Part shown: in pieces, positions 16,099 to 24,626 of the stretch
How the letters are laid out: each line of letters starts with the position of its first letter
How positions within the stretch are numbered: the stretch's first letter is position 1
Source: a virus
Virus record (IMG/VR): IMGVR_UViG_3300031472_000015
Span: 80,574 to 106,826 of that record
Strand: one strand, 5' to 3'
Length of the DNA: 26,253 nucleotides
Made by a program: the position numbers and the translations under genes
The notes under the pieces: model-generated
What the model was told of the DNA's origin: nothing
The model's database searches: none
What the model saw: the letters and a program-made list of their open reading frames with translations, nothing else

Positions 16099-17567
16099 GT
16101 GTTCATCCCGAGCAGCACGGGTTGGCTGGCTGCGCTGGCACCGATCTTGTTGGTGATCGATGTCCGCCACTGGCCGACGGTCATGTTCGCCGAGATGCCG
16201 TTGGCGACGAGGGTGGAGCTGGACATGCCGGCCAGCGCGGTGGTCATGAGCTGGTTGCTGGGCGCGCTGGCCAGGCTTCCGGCATAGCCGGGTCCATAGT
16301 TGTAGTAGCCGCGGACATCGAGGACCGTGGGGTTGGCGATGCCGGCGGCCTGCAGGGCGGTGGCGCCGTCCTTGAGGTAGGCCGCGGCGGCGATGGACTG
16401 GCTTGCAGGGTCGTTCTTGGTGGTGATCTGGGACGCCAGGTCCGGATTGTTCTTTTGGACCTCGCTCACGGTCTGGGCGTAGGTGCCGTTCGACATCTGG
16501 AACGCGCCGCTGATGGTGCCGGTGCCACCGGGGTTGGCGGTGCAGTTGGACTCCAGCGAGCATGTTGCCGCCAGCGCGGTTGGATTGACGCCAAGGGCGG
16601 CGGCATTGCGGGCCGCCGCCTGGCCCCAGGGCTGGCTGGTCATCTTCGACAGCGTGGAGCCGTCGTCGGCGATCCCGCTGCCGCCTGTCGCGCTGACCAG
16701 CGTGCCGGTGGTCCCGCCGGCAACCATATCGGGGGACGCTGCCGGTGCGACGTTGCAACTGCTGGTGGCGGCGCTGCTGGCCAGGATGACGGCGCCGCCG
16801 GCCGCCGAGCTTGCGCTGCTGCCCGCCTGCCGCACCAACGCCTCGGCCGAGCAGCGCCACGCCTGCAGCTCGCGCGCGGCGTCCGTCGTCGCCTGGGCGT
16901 GCTGCATGATGCCGACCGCGGCGAGCTGGTTGCCTTGGGTCTGCGCCATCGCTTGCTCGCCGGCAAAGCGGGCGGATGCGTCGGTCGATGCCTTGATGTC
17001 GGTGGTGTTGCTCAGGCTGGAGCGCAGGCTGGTCAGCTCGGTCAGCCGCTTGCCGCTGCTGTCCAGCGCGGCCTGGGCGATCACCTTCTGGTAGGCGGCG
17101 GACGACGCGGTCTGGTTGATCGCCGCGGCCCGGAAGTCCGAGCCGGTCGGCGCATAGAACATATCGCTCCGCATCACGTTCTGCGCCAAGGAGGCAGTCT
17201 GCGTCATGCTGGATGACAAAGTGCCTGTCGCGCTCGCGAGGCCGCTGAGCGCCTCCCCCAGCCCCGCCGTGTCGGCGCCGAAGGGGTTGGTCAGGCCCAT
17301 TGAGCTGAGTTGCGGGCCAAGCTCGGAAACGGCGGCCAGGTTGCCATGACTGACCGCGGCAAGCGTATCGCGCAGGTGGACGATCTGAGTGATCTGGTTG
17401 TCGATGATCGTCATCTGGTTGGCGATCTTGACCGCATCCTTGGCCACCGTCTGGCCGAACTGGCTCAAGGTGGCCGCCTCGGTCGCCGGGTCCGAGACGA
17501 TCCATTGCGCGCGGGCGCCGCCGGCGTGCAGGCACAGGGCGGTGCAGGCGGCGAGGGTCTTCTTCAT
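16095..17567 (-). CDS. virB5: VirB5-like pilus-tip protein fused to a C-terminal lytic transglycosylase (SLT/lysozyme-like) domain
   Basis: Signal peptide ARA-QWIVSDP, helical NQMTIIDNQITQI, and RLTELTSLRSSLSNTTDIKASTDASARFAGEQA (VirB5 signature) over about the first 250 aa. After a G/S/T/A linker come LGVNPTALAATCSLES (Glu339), GAFQM, NDPASQSIAAAAYL and YYNYGPG. Confidence 0.85.
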   Translation of the reverse strand: MKKTLAACTALCLHAGGARAQWIVSDPATEAATLSQFGQTVAKDAVKIANQMTIIDNQITQIVHLRDTLAAVSHGNLAAVSELGPQLSSMGLTNPFGADTAGLGEALSGLASATGTLSSSMTQTASLAQNVMRSDMFYAPTGSDFRAAAINQTASSAAYQKVIAQAALDSSGKRLTELTSLRSSLSNTTDIKASTDASARFAGEQAMAQTQGNQLAAVGIMQHAQATTDAARELQAWRCSAEALVRQAGSSASSAAGGAVILASSAATSSCNVAPAASPDMVAGGTTGTLVSATGGSGIADDGSTLSKMTSQPWGQAAARNAAALGVNPTALAATCSLESNCTANPGGTGTISGAFQMSNGTYAQTVSEVQKNNPDLASQITTKNDPASQSIAAAAYLKDGATALQAAGIANPTVLDVRGYYNYGPGYAGSLASAPSNQLMTTALAGMSSSTLVANGISANMTVGQWRTSITNKIGASAASQPVLLGMNT

Positions 17568-19972
17568 TCGGCGGCGCTCCTGAATTGCAAGGTCGAGGGT
17601 TCGTCAACGACGCCGGGGGCCATGCGCTCGTAATGCGGCACCCACGCTTGCGGGTCTTCGCCATGCCGCGCGATCAGCCGGTTCATCAGGTCGTAGGTTG
17701 CGCGGCGCCCGGAGATGACGGCGATCTTGTCGGCCGCAGCGCTCAGGTCGAAACGGCACAGCACGGACCCGCTGGGCCGCTTGATGAGGAAGGTGTGCTT
17801 GAGGCTCGGCAATTGCTGGGTGACGGCCAGGAACTCCGCCTCGGTCAACCCCATGCCGTCGCACAGGTCGGCCCGGTTGCCAGTCTCGTCGCCGAAGAAA
17901 ATCTTGGTGGGGATCTGCTGCATGAGCGTGTGCGCGTTGGGACTGTTCAGCGCATCGCGGGCGCTTTGTGTCGCCAGCAGCACGACACCCTCGTTCTTGC
18001 GGATCGTCTTCAACTGGTCGTTGTTCTCGTCGCGGAACGCAGGGACCTGGTCGGTCTGCCAGAACTCGTCGATTGCGAGGACGATGGGGAGGCCGTCGAT
18101 CAACTTGCGGGTGCGGTAGAACAGGTAGGACAGGGTCGGCGAGCACACCGTGTCGTCGCGGAGCAGGGCGGTGGTGTCGAACCCAACCACGCGCGCATCC
18201 ATGCAGATCAGGTCGCGTTCGTTGTCGAACGCCCAGCCAAGCTCCTCACCGTGGCACCAGCGTTGAAGCCGAGCGCCAGCGCCGTTCTTCTGCCGCTGGC
18301 CCAGCATGACGACGATGCCGCCGATGCTGCGCTCGCCGGAGGGCATCCGCATCTGCATCTCGACGGCGCGGACCAGCCGGCGACCCTCGTCAGGTGACAG
18401 GTCGCCCTTGCCGTCCGACAGGATCAGGCTGCGGTGGAACTTGACCAGGAAGGCAACATCCTGCCCGTTGTTGCCTAAGCCCCGCAACGGCGCCGACCCG
18501 GACGACACCCCCGATTGCAGCGGCAGGTAGGACCCACCAACAGCGCGCACCATCGCGCTCAGGCCATAGTCCTTGTCGATAATGACAACCCGCACGGTGG
18601 CGTTGCGCAGCGCCAGCATCGAAATGCTGCCGAGGAGGGATGTCTTGCCGCTCCCGGCACCGCCGATCAGGAGACAGCTTCCAAGGTCCTCCTTGGGGAT
18701 GGATACCGCGCCCTGGACGTGGAAGTGGAAGGCATACTCGGTGTCCGAAGTCGTCCGGAGCATGACGATGGGAGCGCCCCAGCGGCCCTTGTAGATACCC
18801 CGGGGCACGTTGTGCCGGGCCGCCAAGCCAACGGCGTTGATGCTTTTGACCAGGCCGGGCCGAGGACGCCAGCGCATGTTGCCCGGGACTTGCGCGTAGA
18901 AGGCGGCCTTGAGCGCATCGGTTTCGCGAACGCTGGTGATGCCGGCTTCCGACAGGACGGTCTGGCACTTGGAGATGCGGCGGTCCAGCTCCTGCAAGTT
19001 AGACGCATGGACGGCCACCGAGAAATGGTGGGTGACGTAAACGCTGCGCCCGCTTTGCACGTCGTCTTCGTCCTGGACCAGCTCCTCGACTTGGGACCGG
19101 GCGGCGTCGTTGCCGCTTTGCATCTGCTTGACGCGCAGGCTGATGCTGGCCAGCGCGTCAGCCTTCTGCTTGCACCGGGTGGAGTTGGTGATGGTGATCG
19201 GGAACGGCACCGAGCGGAGTGGGGTGAACAAGGTCGGCCGGGTGCGGGCCGGGTAGTCCTTGAACGACAGCAGGCCGATGAACAGCGGCTCGCCCTCGCA
19301 CATCACCTGCAAGTCCTGGTGCCCGAACACAACGCGGTCCGGCACGACCAGGGCGCCCAGCCGTCCCAGGGTCAGTCCCATCGGCCGGAACCGGCCGTTG
19401 ACGATCAGGTGGAGGGCTTCGGCAATCTCCGAGAAGACGACGCCATCTGCTTCGCGGGTGCCCAACCGGCGCGCGCCGTAGCGGACCAGGCTAGCGCCGA
19501 TCTTGTCCAGCACCGTCTCGAAGTCCTGCAGCTCGATGTCCGCAACCTGCGGGTGGTCGCTGACGGTTCCGCCGAACAGGGACCGCAGGCCGGTCGCCAG
19601 GCTGTCCTCGGGGTGCATGATGACGGTAACGAACAGGTCGTTGCGGTAGAGCGTGCCGTCGCCCTGGGCGTCGCGGTAAGCGTCATCGAAGCGGGCGGCA
19701 AACCAGTTGTCGATAGGGGGCAGCGTCGCCATGCGCTGCCGGTCCTGCCGGACGAAATGGTCCCACACCTCAATGCGAGGGTGGGAGATGTTGCGGACCG
19801 ACTGGTTGTCGCGCGTGTTCGCGGAAACGATGGCCTGAGCGCCAGACAGCTCCGCAGCCAACCCGGCAAGGTGGAACATCGCGCTCAGCGAGCCGTCCTG
19901 GTTGACGACGACGCCAGGCGTCCAATGCCCAATCTGCGGCTGGAAACGCCGGGCGTTGCGGTCAGTCGGCAC
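17564..19972 (-). CDS. virB4: VirB4 ATPase
   Basis: GTG at 19972 with RBS GGGAG. RNDLFVTV, FKDYP, AAFYAQVPGN, FHFH, Walker A GGAGSGKT, IIDKDYG, Walker B AIDEFW, LKTIRKNEG, ATQS. Confidence 0.95.
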   Translation of the reverse strand: MPTDRNARRFQPQIGHWTPGVVVNQDGSLSAMFHLAGLAAELSGAQAIVSANTRDNQSVRNISHPRIEVWDHFVRQDRQRMATLPPIDNWFAARFDDAYRDAQGDGTLYRNDLFVTVIMHPEDSLATGLRSLFGGTVSDHPQVADIELQDFETVLDKIGASLVRYGARRLGTREADGVVFSEIAEALHLIVNGRFRPMGLTLGRLGALVVPDRVVFGHQDLQVMCEGEPLFIGLLSFKDYPARTRPTLFTPLRSVPFPITITNSTRCKQKADALASISLRVKQMQSGNDAARSQVEELVQDEDDVQSGRSVYVTHHFSVAVHASNLQELDRRISKCQTVLSEAGITSVRETDALKAAFYAQVPGNMRWRPRPGLVKSINAVGLAARHNVPRGIYKGRWGAPIVMLRTTSDTEYAFHFHVQGAVSIPKEDLGSCLLIGGAGSGKTSLLGSISMLALRNATVRVVIIDKDYGLSAMVRAVGGSYLPLQSGVSSGSAPLRGLGNNGQDVAFLVKFHRSLILSDGKGDLSPDEGRRLVRAVEMQMRMPSGERSIGGIVVMLGQRQKNGAGARLQRWCHGEELGWAFDNERDLICMDARVVGFDTTALLRDDTVCSPTLSYLFYRTRKLIDGLPIVLAIDEFWQTDQVPAFRDENNDQLKTIRKNEGVVLLATQSARDALNSPNAHTLMQQIPTKIFFGDETGNRADLCDGMGLTEAEFLAVTQQLPSLKHTFLIKRPSGSVLCRFDLSAAADKIAVISGRRATYDLMNRLIARHGEDPQAWVPHYERMAPGVVDEPSTLQFRSAAE

Positions 19973-20291
19973 GCTGGGTTGCTCCCAAGGGGTCGGTGCT
20001 GTCGCCGCCCCAGCGGCCCCGGTCAGCGAACAGCGAGCCGGACAGCATGGCGAGCAGCAGCACGCGCGGGCGGTTGTGATCGGTGGCGACCAGCCAGCGG
20101 CCAAGGGCCGTCAAGACAACCATCAAGGACAGCCACAGCGGGTTGCTGGTGACGACGACGATCAGGGCTGGCAGGCCGGTGATCGGCAAGATGAACCAAA
20201 ATGGGATGTTGAACCCCTTGATGACGGCCGGCCGGGTTGCCCCAACCGACAAGCCATCCCAGGGCACGTCCTCGTTGCCCCGGGCCGTCAT
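19962..20291 (-). CDS. virB3: VirB3
   Basis: L.VGATRPAVIKGFNIP motif and two TM segments; between virB2 and virB4 with overlapping ends. Confidence 0.9.
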   Translation of the reverse strand: MTARGNEDVPWDGLSVGATRPAVIKGFNIPFWFILPITGLPALIVVVTSNPLWLSLMVVLTALGRWLVATDHNRPRVLLLAMLSGSLFADRGRWGGDSTDPLGATQRAD

Positions 20292-20587
20292 CAGACGATG
20301 CCGTACGCGGTCAGCAGGTAAGAAGCGCCGAAACTCAGGGCGAGGCCGCCCACAGCCGCGCCGAGGTAGGGCACGAAACGGCGGCCTTCACCGACCGCCA
20401 TCACGCCGTGCACCGCGCAGATGAGGCAGATGACGATGCCAGCGAGCTTGAGCGCGTAGGGCAGCAGAACCGTCAGACCGGCGACGGGATCAACCCCGCC
20501 AGTGACGTTGATGGCATAGGCGGGCGTGCCTGCCGTAGCCAGAACGCCGGCGGCGAACAGGAACAAGGGTGCTGAGTGGGACTTCAT
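20291..20587 (-). CDS. virB2: VirB2/TrbC pilin
   Basis: 98 aa with a signal peptide ending PAYA, two hydrophobic helices and an LSFGA motif; coupled to virB1 (ATGA) and virB3 (TGATG). Confidence 0.85.
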   Translation of the reverse strand: MKSHSAPLFLFAAGVLATAGTPAYAINVTGGVDPVAGLTVLLPYALKLAGIVICLICAVHGVMAVGEGRRFVPYLGAAVGGLALSFGASYLLTAYGIV

Positions 20588-21231
20588 GGGTTGTCCTTTC
20601 GGGTATTGTGGTTGAAGGCGTCACCCAGCCCGTCCTGGTCGTCTTGGACGGCTGAGCTGGCATGGAGAGCATCCTCCAAGCCGGGAGGAGGGCGGCGCGG
20701 CGATGGCGCAGCGATGTCCTCGGGTGTGGCCGGGGCCTGGATGGCGCCGGCGATCTGGATGGCGGGGATGACTAGCGCGGCTGCACGCCACACGCGGGCG
20801 GCGTAAGCGGCGCCACGGTCAAGAGTGCCGGTGTTATAACAGGAAGCCATCGCACGGAGACGCTGCTGCTCAGCGCCGACAGTGCGGGCGTAGCAGCCGG
20901 CTAGAACCTCGGCGCTGACGCGAAAGCTAGTGCAGGCGTCAAATGACGCAGAGAGAGCAAGCCCGCGGGCCTGCAGGTGTCCCGCACGCCAAGAGATTTG
21001 CGCGGCACCTAGATCGACAGAGTGCCCGGCTGCGATAAGAGACGCAGCGGTTGCTACCGCATCTGGCAACGTGGCAGGCGCATAGCTGCGTCGATCCGTA
21101 TTGTCGCCAATGGCAAAGGCATTAAGGTTGCTTTCGGCCTTAGCAAACGACAGCAGCGTTTCAGGGGCAACGCCACCCGCGCAGGTCTGGGCCAACTGTA
21201 AGGCTACGAGGAGGGACAGGGTGCCGGACAT
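20584..21231 (-). CDS. virB1: VirB1 lytic transglycosylase
   Basis: ATG at 21231 with RBS GGAGAGG. CAGGVAPETL...AES.LNAFAIGDN, SVDLGAAQI, FDACTS, SCYNTG, Y..RV. Confidence 0.92.
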   Translation of the reverse strand: MSGTLSLLVALQLAQTCAGGVAPETLLSFAKAESNLNAFAIGDNTDRRSYAPATLPDAVATAASLIAAGHSVDLGAAQISWRAGHLQARGLALSASFDACTSFRVSAEVLAGCYARTVGAEQQRLRAMASCYNTGTLDRGAAYAARVWRAAALVIPAIQIAGAIQAPATPEDIAAPSPRRPPPGLEDALHASSAVQDDQDGLGDAFNHNTRKDNP

Positions 21232-21277
21232 GCGCCTCTCCAGCGGAGGCACGCTTCACTGCTACTCCCGCTCTAGC

Positions 21278-21307
21278 ACCATATGAGGCGCAAGAACGAG
21301 ACGCAAG
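21278..21307 (-). promoter_or_regulatory. Putative sigma70 promoter of the virB operon with an overlapping direct repeat
   Basis: Minus strand TTGCGT-17 nt-TATGGT (21306..21278), 46 nt upstream of virB1. The plus strand has GAGGCGCAAG (21285-21294) and GAGACGCAAG (21298-21307), a 9/10 match. Confidence 0.5.
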
Positions 21308-21329
21308 CGCTAATCAGCGATAATGCAAC

Positions 21330-21605
21330 CTATCCGGGTACCTTGGGGTCCGGCACACGGAGCAACGAGGGCACGTCCTGACCGACTGCGGCAGCCAGCC
21401 GGCGCATCGTATCCAGCGTAAGGTTAATCCGTCCAGCCTCAACGCGGCTGATGTACTGCCTGTTGAAGCCCGCCCTGTCCGCAAACTCCTGCTGCCTGAG
21501 CCCAAGCGCAACCCGAGCCGCCCGCAGGTTGCGGCCGAACAGCGTCCGCAGGCCGTTTGGGACAGGCTCGCCGTCTTCTAATGGGGGCTGGTCCGATCCG
21601 ATCAT
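21330..21605 (-). CDS. XRE-family helix-turn-helix regulator (91 aa)
   Basis: FGRNLRAARVALGLRQQEFADRAGFNRQYISRVEAGRINLTLDTMRRLAAAVG is a canonical HTH_3 domain. ATG at 21605 was chosen; the start is uncertain. Confidence 0.88.
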   Translation of the reverse strand: MIGSDQPPLEDGEPVPNGLRTLFGRNLRAARVALGLRQQEFADRAGFNRQYISRVEAGRINLTLDTMRRLAAAVGQDVPSLLRVPDPKVPG

Positions 21606-21888
21606 GGCGACACCATGCCAGGATTGTGCGTTGCGCGGCAACCTCAGGGGAGTTGAGTCATTGGGGCATTCTCCCTAAACATGATAGGATTGCCATCTAG
21701 TGCCGTCAGCATGCCACGTACGATGAGGCGCGGACTACTGTAACAGCCGCGTAGCTCGCCCTGCCCCCCGCCGAGCAAGATAAGTGCGCGCGGCCTCAGA
21801 ATATGCCTTGACGCCACAAATTCCGCTAAGGCAACACCCAGGAACGCTGCCGGAACGGCGGTGGGCCCCATCATCGTAGCGTGACCGC

Positions 21889-22296
21889 ATGACCGATGCA
21901 CCCAAGCGCGGAGCCAGGGGGCGATTTCCCAAGGGCAACGGAAACGGCAACGGACCAGGCTGGGGCGGCTCGCTCAAAGGTGCAGGTTCTACTGCACCGG
22001 TTGCACCTCCGTTTATCAAAGGCAACCAAGCCGCCGCCGGCCCTCACGACATGAGCCGCGAGGAGTGGCGCAGGTTCTGCCTGGGTGTCTGGCATTCGGT
22101 GGCGGATGACGTGAGCCAGCCAGGTACAGCCCGCAGCATCGCCGCTGAGAAGGCTTACGACCGGGTGGTTGATGCCCCGAAGTCCCGCATTGAGTTGGGT
22201 GGCCCTAATGGTGGCCCCATCCAGTCGGTCGGCATCACCACTGACGATCCTTTGGAGGCTGCGCGTGTCTATCAGCAGCTTGTGGGCGGAGGTTAG
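21889..22296 (+). CDS. terS: Probable terminase small subunit
   Basis: GRFPKGN and FIKGNQAA N-terminal motifs, and a C-terminal IELGGPNGGPI...DPLEAARVYQQLV typical of small terminases; upstream of terL. Confidence 0.7.
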   Translation: MTDAPKRGARGRFPKGNGNGNGPGWGGSLKGAGSTAPVAPPFIKGNQAAAGPHDMSREEWRRFCLGVWHSVADDVSQPGTARSIAAEKAYDRVVDAPKSRIELGGPNGGPIQSVGITTDDPLEAARVYQQLVGGG

Positions 22297-22359
22297 TTTT
22301 TCTTTCCATTGGCCCAAGTGTCCTGTAATATACCTAGGGACATAAGGCGAGCGGTAGGC

Positions 22360-23016
22360 ATGGGGTTTGTGTATCGGTTGGACTTTACGTCCGGCAAGAG
22401 TTACGTGGGTATCACTACAAAATCTGTTGCCATGCGTTTCAAGGCGCACGCTAGGAATGTAAAGAGCGGGCGCTTAGCGCATGTTTACGCTGCATGGCGC
22501 AAGTATGGTGCTCCTTCTGCTGTATGCCTTGAGGAATTGCCCAATTGTGAATTGCATGCGGCAGAGGTGCGGTGGGTGCTGAGGGAAAAGACCCTGCGTC
22601 CGGGCGGTTATAATATGACGACTGGTGGGGACATTTCACCAGCACTTATGCCAGAAGTTAAACTGAAGATGTCAGCGGCCCAAAAAGCATATGCAAAGAC
22701 ACCAGATGGCATTGCTAGGATAAACCGCAATAAAATTAAGTCGCCTGAAACAGGCGCTAAGATATCAGCCGCACTTAAATTAAGAAACGCTAATCTAGAA
22801 TATAGAAAGAGAATGGGCGAGGCCATTCGTCGGGGCCAATCTACTAATAAGGCTCGTGCGAATATGTCAGCAGGGCAAAGACACAGGGCTCCAATGTCCG
22901 TAGAGACCAAAGGACGACTTGCGGATATAGGCAGAGCTTTCTCTCTTACTCCGGAAGGAAGGGCGATCATATCGCGCGCAGCGGATGCTAGAAGATTGCA
23001 AGCCAAGCCAAAGTAA
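22360..23016 (+). CDS. Free-standing GIY-YIG homing endonuclease with NUMOD3-like basic repeats
   Basis: GFVY...KSYVGIT...RF..H...AWRKYG...E..W...GYNMTTGG, then repeats PEVKLKMS, SPETGAKIS, KARANMS, SVETKGRLA. AT-rich. ATG at 22360. Confidence 0.88.
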   Translation: MGFVYRLDFTSGKSYVGITTKSVAMRFKAHARNVKSGRLAHVYAAWRKYGAPSAVCLEELPNCELHAAEVRWVLREKTLRPGGYNMTTGGDISPALMPEVKLKMSAAQKAYAKTPDGIARINRNKIKSPETGAKISAALKLRNANLEYRKRMGEAIRRGQSTNKARANMSAGQRHRAPMSVETKGRLADIGRAFSLTPEGRAIISRAADARRLQAKPK

Positions 23017-24625
23017 GAAGTTTGTAAGAGAAGACTTCGACTACAAGAATCCAGACTATGTAAGTGTATTCCGCAGTCGCGTTGAAGCCCTGAATAGAAT
23101 TCGGGCTAACCCTGATAAGCTTCAGACTCTGAAAGCTTTTTACCGTGAGAATCCATCAAACTTTATAGATGACTGGGGTTGCACCTCTGACCCTAGGAAT
23201 GCCGCAGTCGGTCGCCCCGTCGTCCTGCCCTTTCTGCTGTTTGAACGTCAGCGCGAGTGGGTGAACTGGTTTATGGAAAGCTGGCGGACCAGCCGCCCTG
23301 GCGTCACGCCCAAGAGCCGCGAGTCTGGTATCTCATGGCTGGCCATCGCTTTGTCATGCACCCTATGCCTGTTCCATGATGGCTTAGTAGCGGGGTTCGG
23401 CAGTAGCAAATCCGAACTTGTGGACAAGCTGGGTAATCCCAACTCGTTGTTCTGGAAAGCGCGCGAGTTCATGGCGCTGCTCCCTCGCGAGTTCCGCGGC
23501 ACTTGGACGCGAGACGACGCTCCAGAGATGCGGATCAAGTTCCCAGATAGCGGCAGCGTCATTGTGGGGGAGGGCGGCGACAACCTAGGACGCGGCGGGC
23601 GCACTGCGTTTTACATCGTAGACGAGGCAGCTTCGTTGGAGCGCCCGCAACTTGTCGAAGCATCTCTGTCCGCAACAACAAACTGCCGGATTGACATCAG
23701 CACGCCGCGTGGAATGGGCAACCCCTTCCACACCAAAGTGACGACTTGGCCCGCTGAACGAGTTTTTTTCTTCCATTGGCGGTCGGACCCCCGCAAGGAC
23801 GAGGCTTGGTATCAGGATCAGCTTAGCAAGCTGGATGCCGTAACAATCGCCCAAGAGGTGGACATAGATTTCGCCGCTTCCATCGAAGGTGTCTTAATCC
23901 CAAGCGCGTGGGTTCAAGCCGCCGTGGACGCGCACCGCAAGCTAGGCATTGTGCCCACAGGCGCACGGCGAGCCGCGCTAGATGTATCTGACCAAGGTCC
24001 CGACACGAATGCCCTTTGCGGCGCACACGGCGTGCTTGTGGACCTGATGGAAGAATGGTCAGGCAAAGGCAGCGACATCTTCCGCACGGCGCAGCGCGCA
24101 TATGATCTGTGCGACACACACGGCTATGACAGCCTTAAATATGACGCCGACGGGCTAGGTTCCAGCATTCGCGGCGCGGCGCGCATCATCAACGAGCAGC
24201 GGGTTAAGCAAGGCATCAAGCCTCTGGCCGCAGACCCGTTCCAGGGGTCAGGCAAGGTGTTTGAACCGACCCGCAAAGACGCGAACAGCGGCCGACTCAA
24301 CCAAGACATGTTCCTCAACTGCAAGGCGCAGTCGTGGTGGGCGGTGCGGACGCGCTTTCAAGCAACATTCCGCGCAGTGACAGAGGGCGTTACGTGTCCG
24401 CCGGACAGCATCATCAGCCTGTCGCCAAGCCTACCGCTGCTGGCACAATTGTGCGGCGAACTGTCGCAGCCAACGTACACGATCAACGGCGTGGGGAAGA
24501 TCGTGGTGGACAAGACTCCCGAGGGCGCACGTTCGCCCAACCTTGCTGACGCGCTCATGATCCGGTTCTCCCAGACCACCCGCGCGCCGCTGACGGTATC
24601 TACTGCCGCCCTGGCCCTGATCTAG
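22985..24625 (+). CDS. terL: Phage terminase large subunit
   Basis: FDYKNPDY...FIDDWGCTSDPRN, PFLLFERQ, Walker A variant KSRESGISW, GRGGR, Walker B IVDEAA, ISTPRG, RNaseH-like LDVSDQGPD, YDADGLG, SPNLADAL. The start is uncertain because it overlaps the endonuclease. Confidence 0.93.
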   Translation: MLEDCKPSQSKKFVREDFDYKNPDYVSVFRSRVEALNRIRANPDKLQTLKAFYRENPSNFIDDWGCTSDPRNAAVGRPVVLPFLLFERQREWVNWFMESWRTSRPGVTPKSRESGISWLAIALSCTLCLFHDGLVAGFGSSKSELVDKLGNPNSLFWKAREFMALLPREFRGTWTRDDAPEMRIKFPDSGSVIVGEGGDNLGRGGRTAFYIVDEAASLERPQLVEASLSATTNCRIDISTPRGMGNPFHTKVTTWPAERVFFFHWRSDPRKDEAWYQDQLSKLDAVTIAQEVDIDFAASIEGVLIPSAWVQAAVDAHRKLGIVPTGARRAALDVSDQGPDTNALCGAHGVLVDLMEEWSGKGSDIFRTAQRAYDLCDTHGYDSLKYDADGLGSSIRGAARIINEQRVKQGIKPLAADPFQGSGKVFEPTRKDANSGRLNQDMFLNCKAQSWWAVRTRFQATFRAVTEGVTCPPDSIISLSPSLPLLAQLCGELSQPTYTINGVGKIVVDKTPEGARSPNLADALMIRFSQTTRAPLTVSTAALALI

Positions 24626-24626
24626 C

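Larger units (their letters stand above)
1..21605. mobile_element. Conjugative transfer region (MOBF relaxase, MPF-T T4SS and T4CP) of a plasmid or ICE
   Basis: Contains oriT, relaxase, virB1-11 and virD4 with intact frames and stop/start overlaps. No rep or integrase gene lies in the window, so plasmid versus ICE cannot be decided. Confidence 0.9.

Noticed and set aside
16099-17664. 645-aa ORF 15727..17664 and 373-aa ORF 14496..15617 as long proteins
   Set aside because: Only their C-terminal ends are real genes (the SH3-like protein and VirB7). The rest are alternative frames over virB5 and virB6.
22297-23060. Group I intron housing the GIY-YIG gene
   Set aside because: Only 63 nt separate terS from the endonuclease start, and terL overlaps its end, leaving no room for a ribozyme core. 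No P7 R/S pair was recognised, and the GACTA hits are Asp-Tyr codons of terL.
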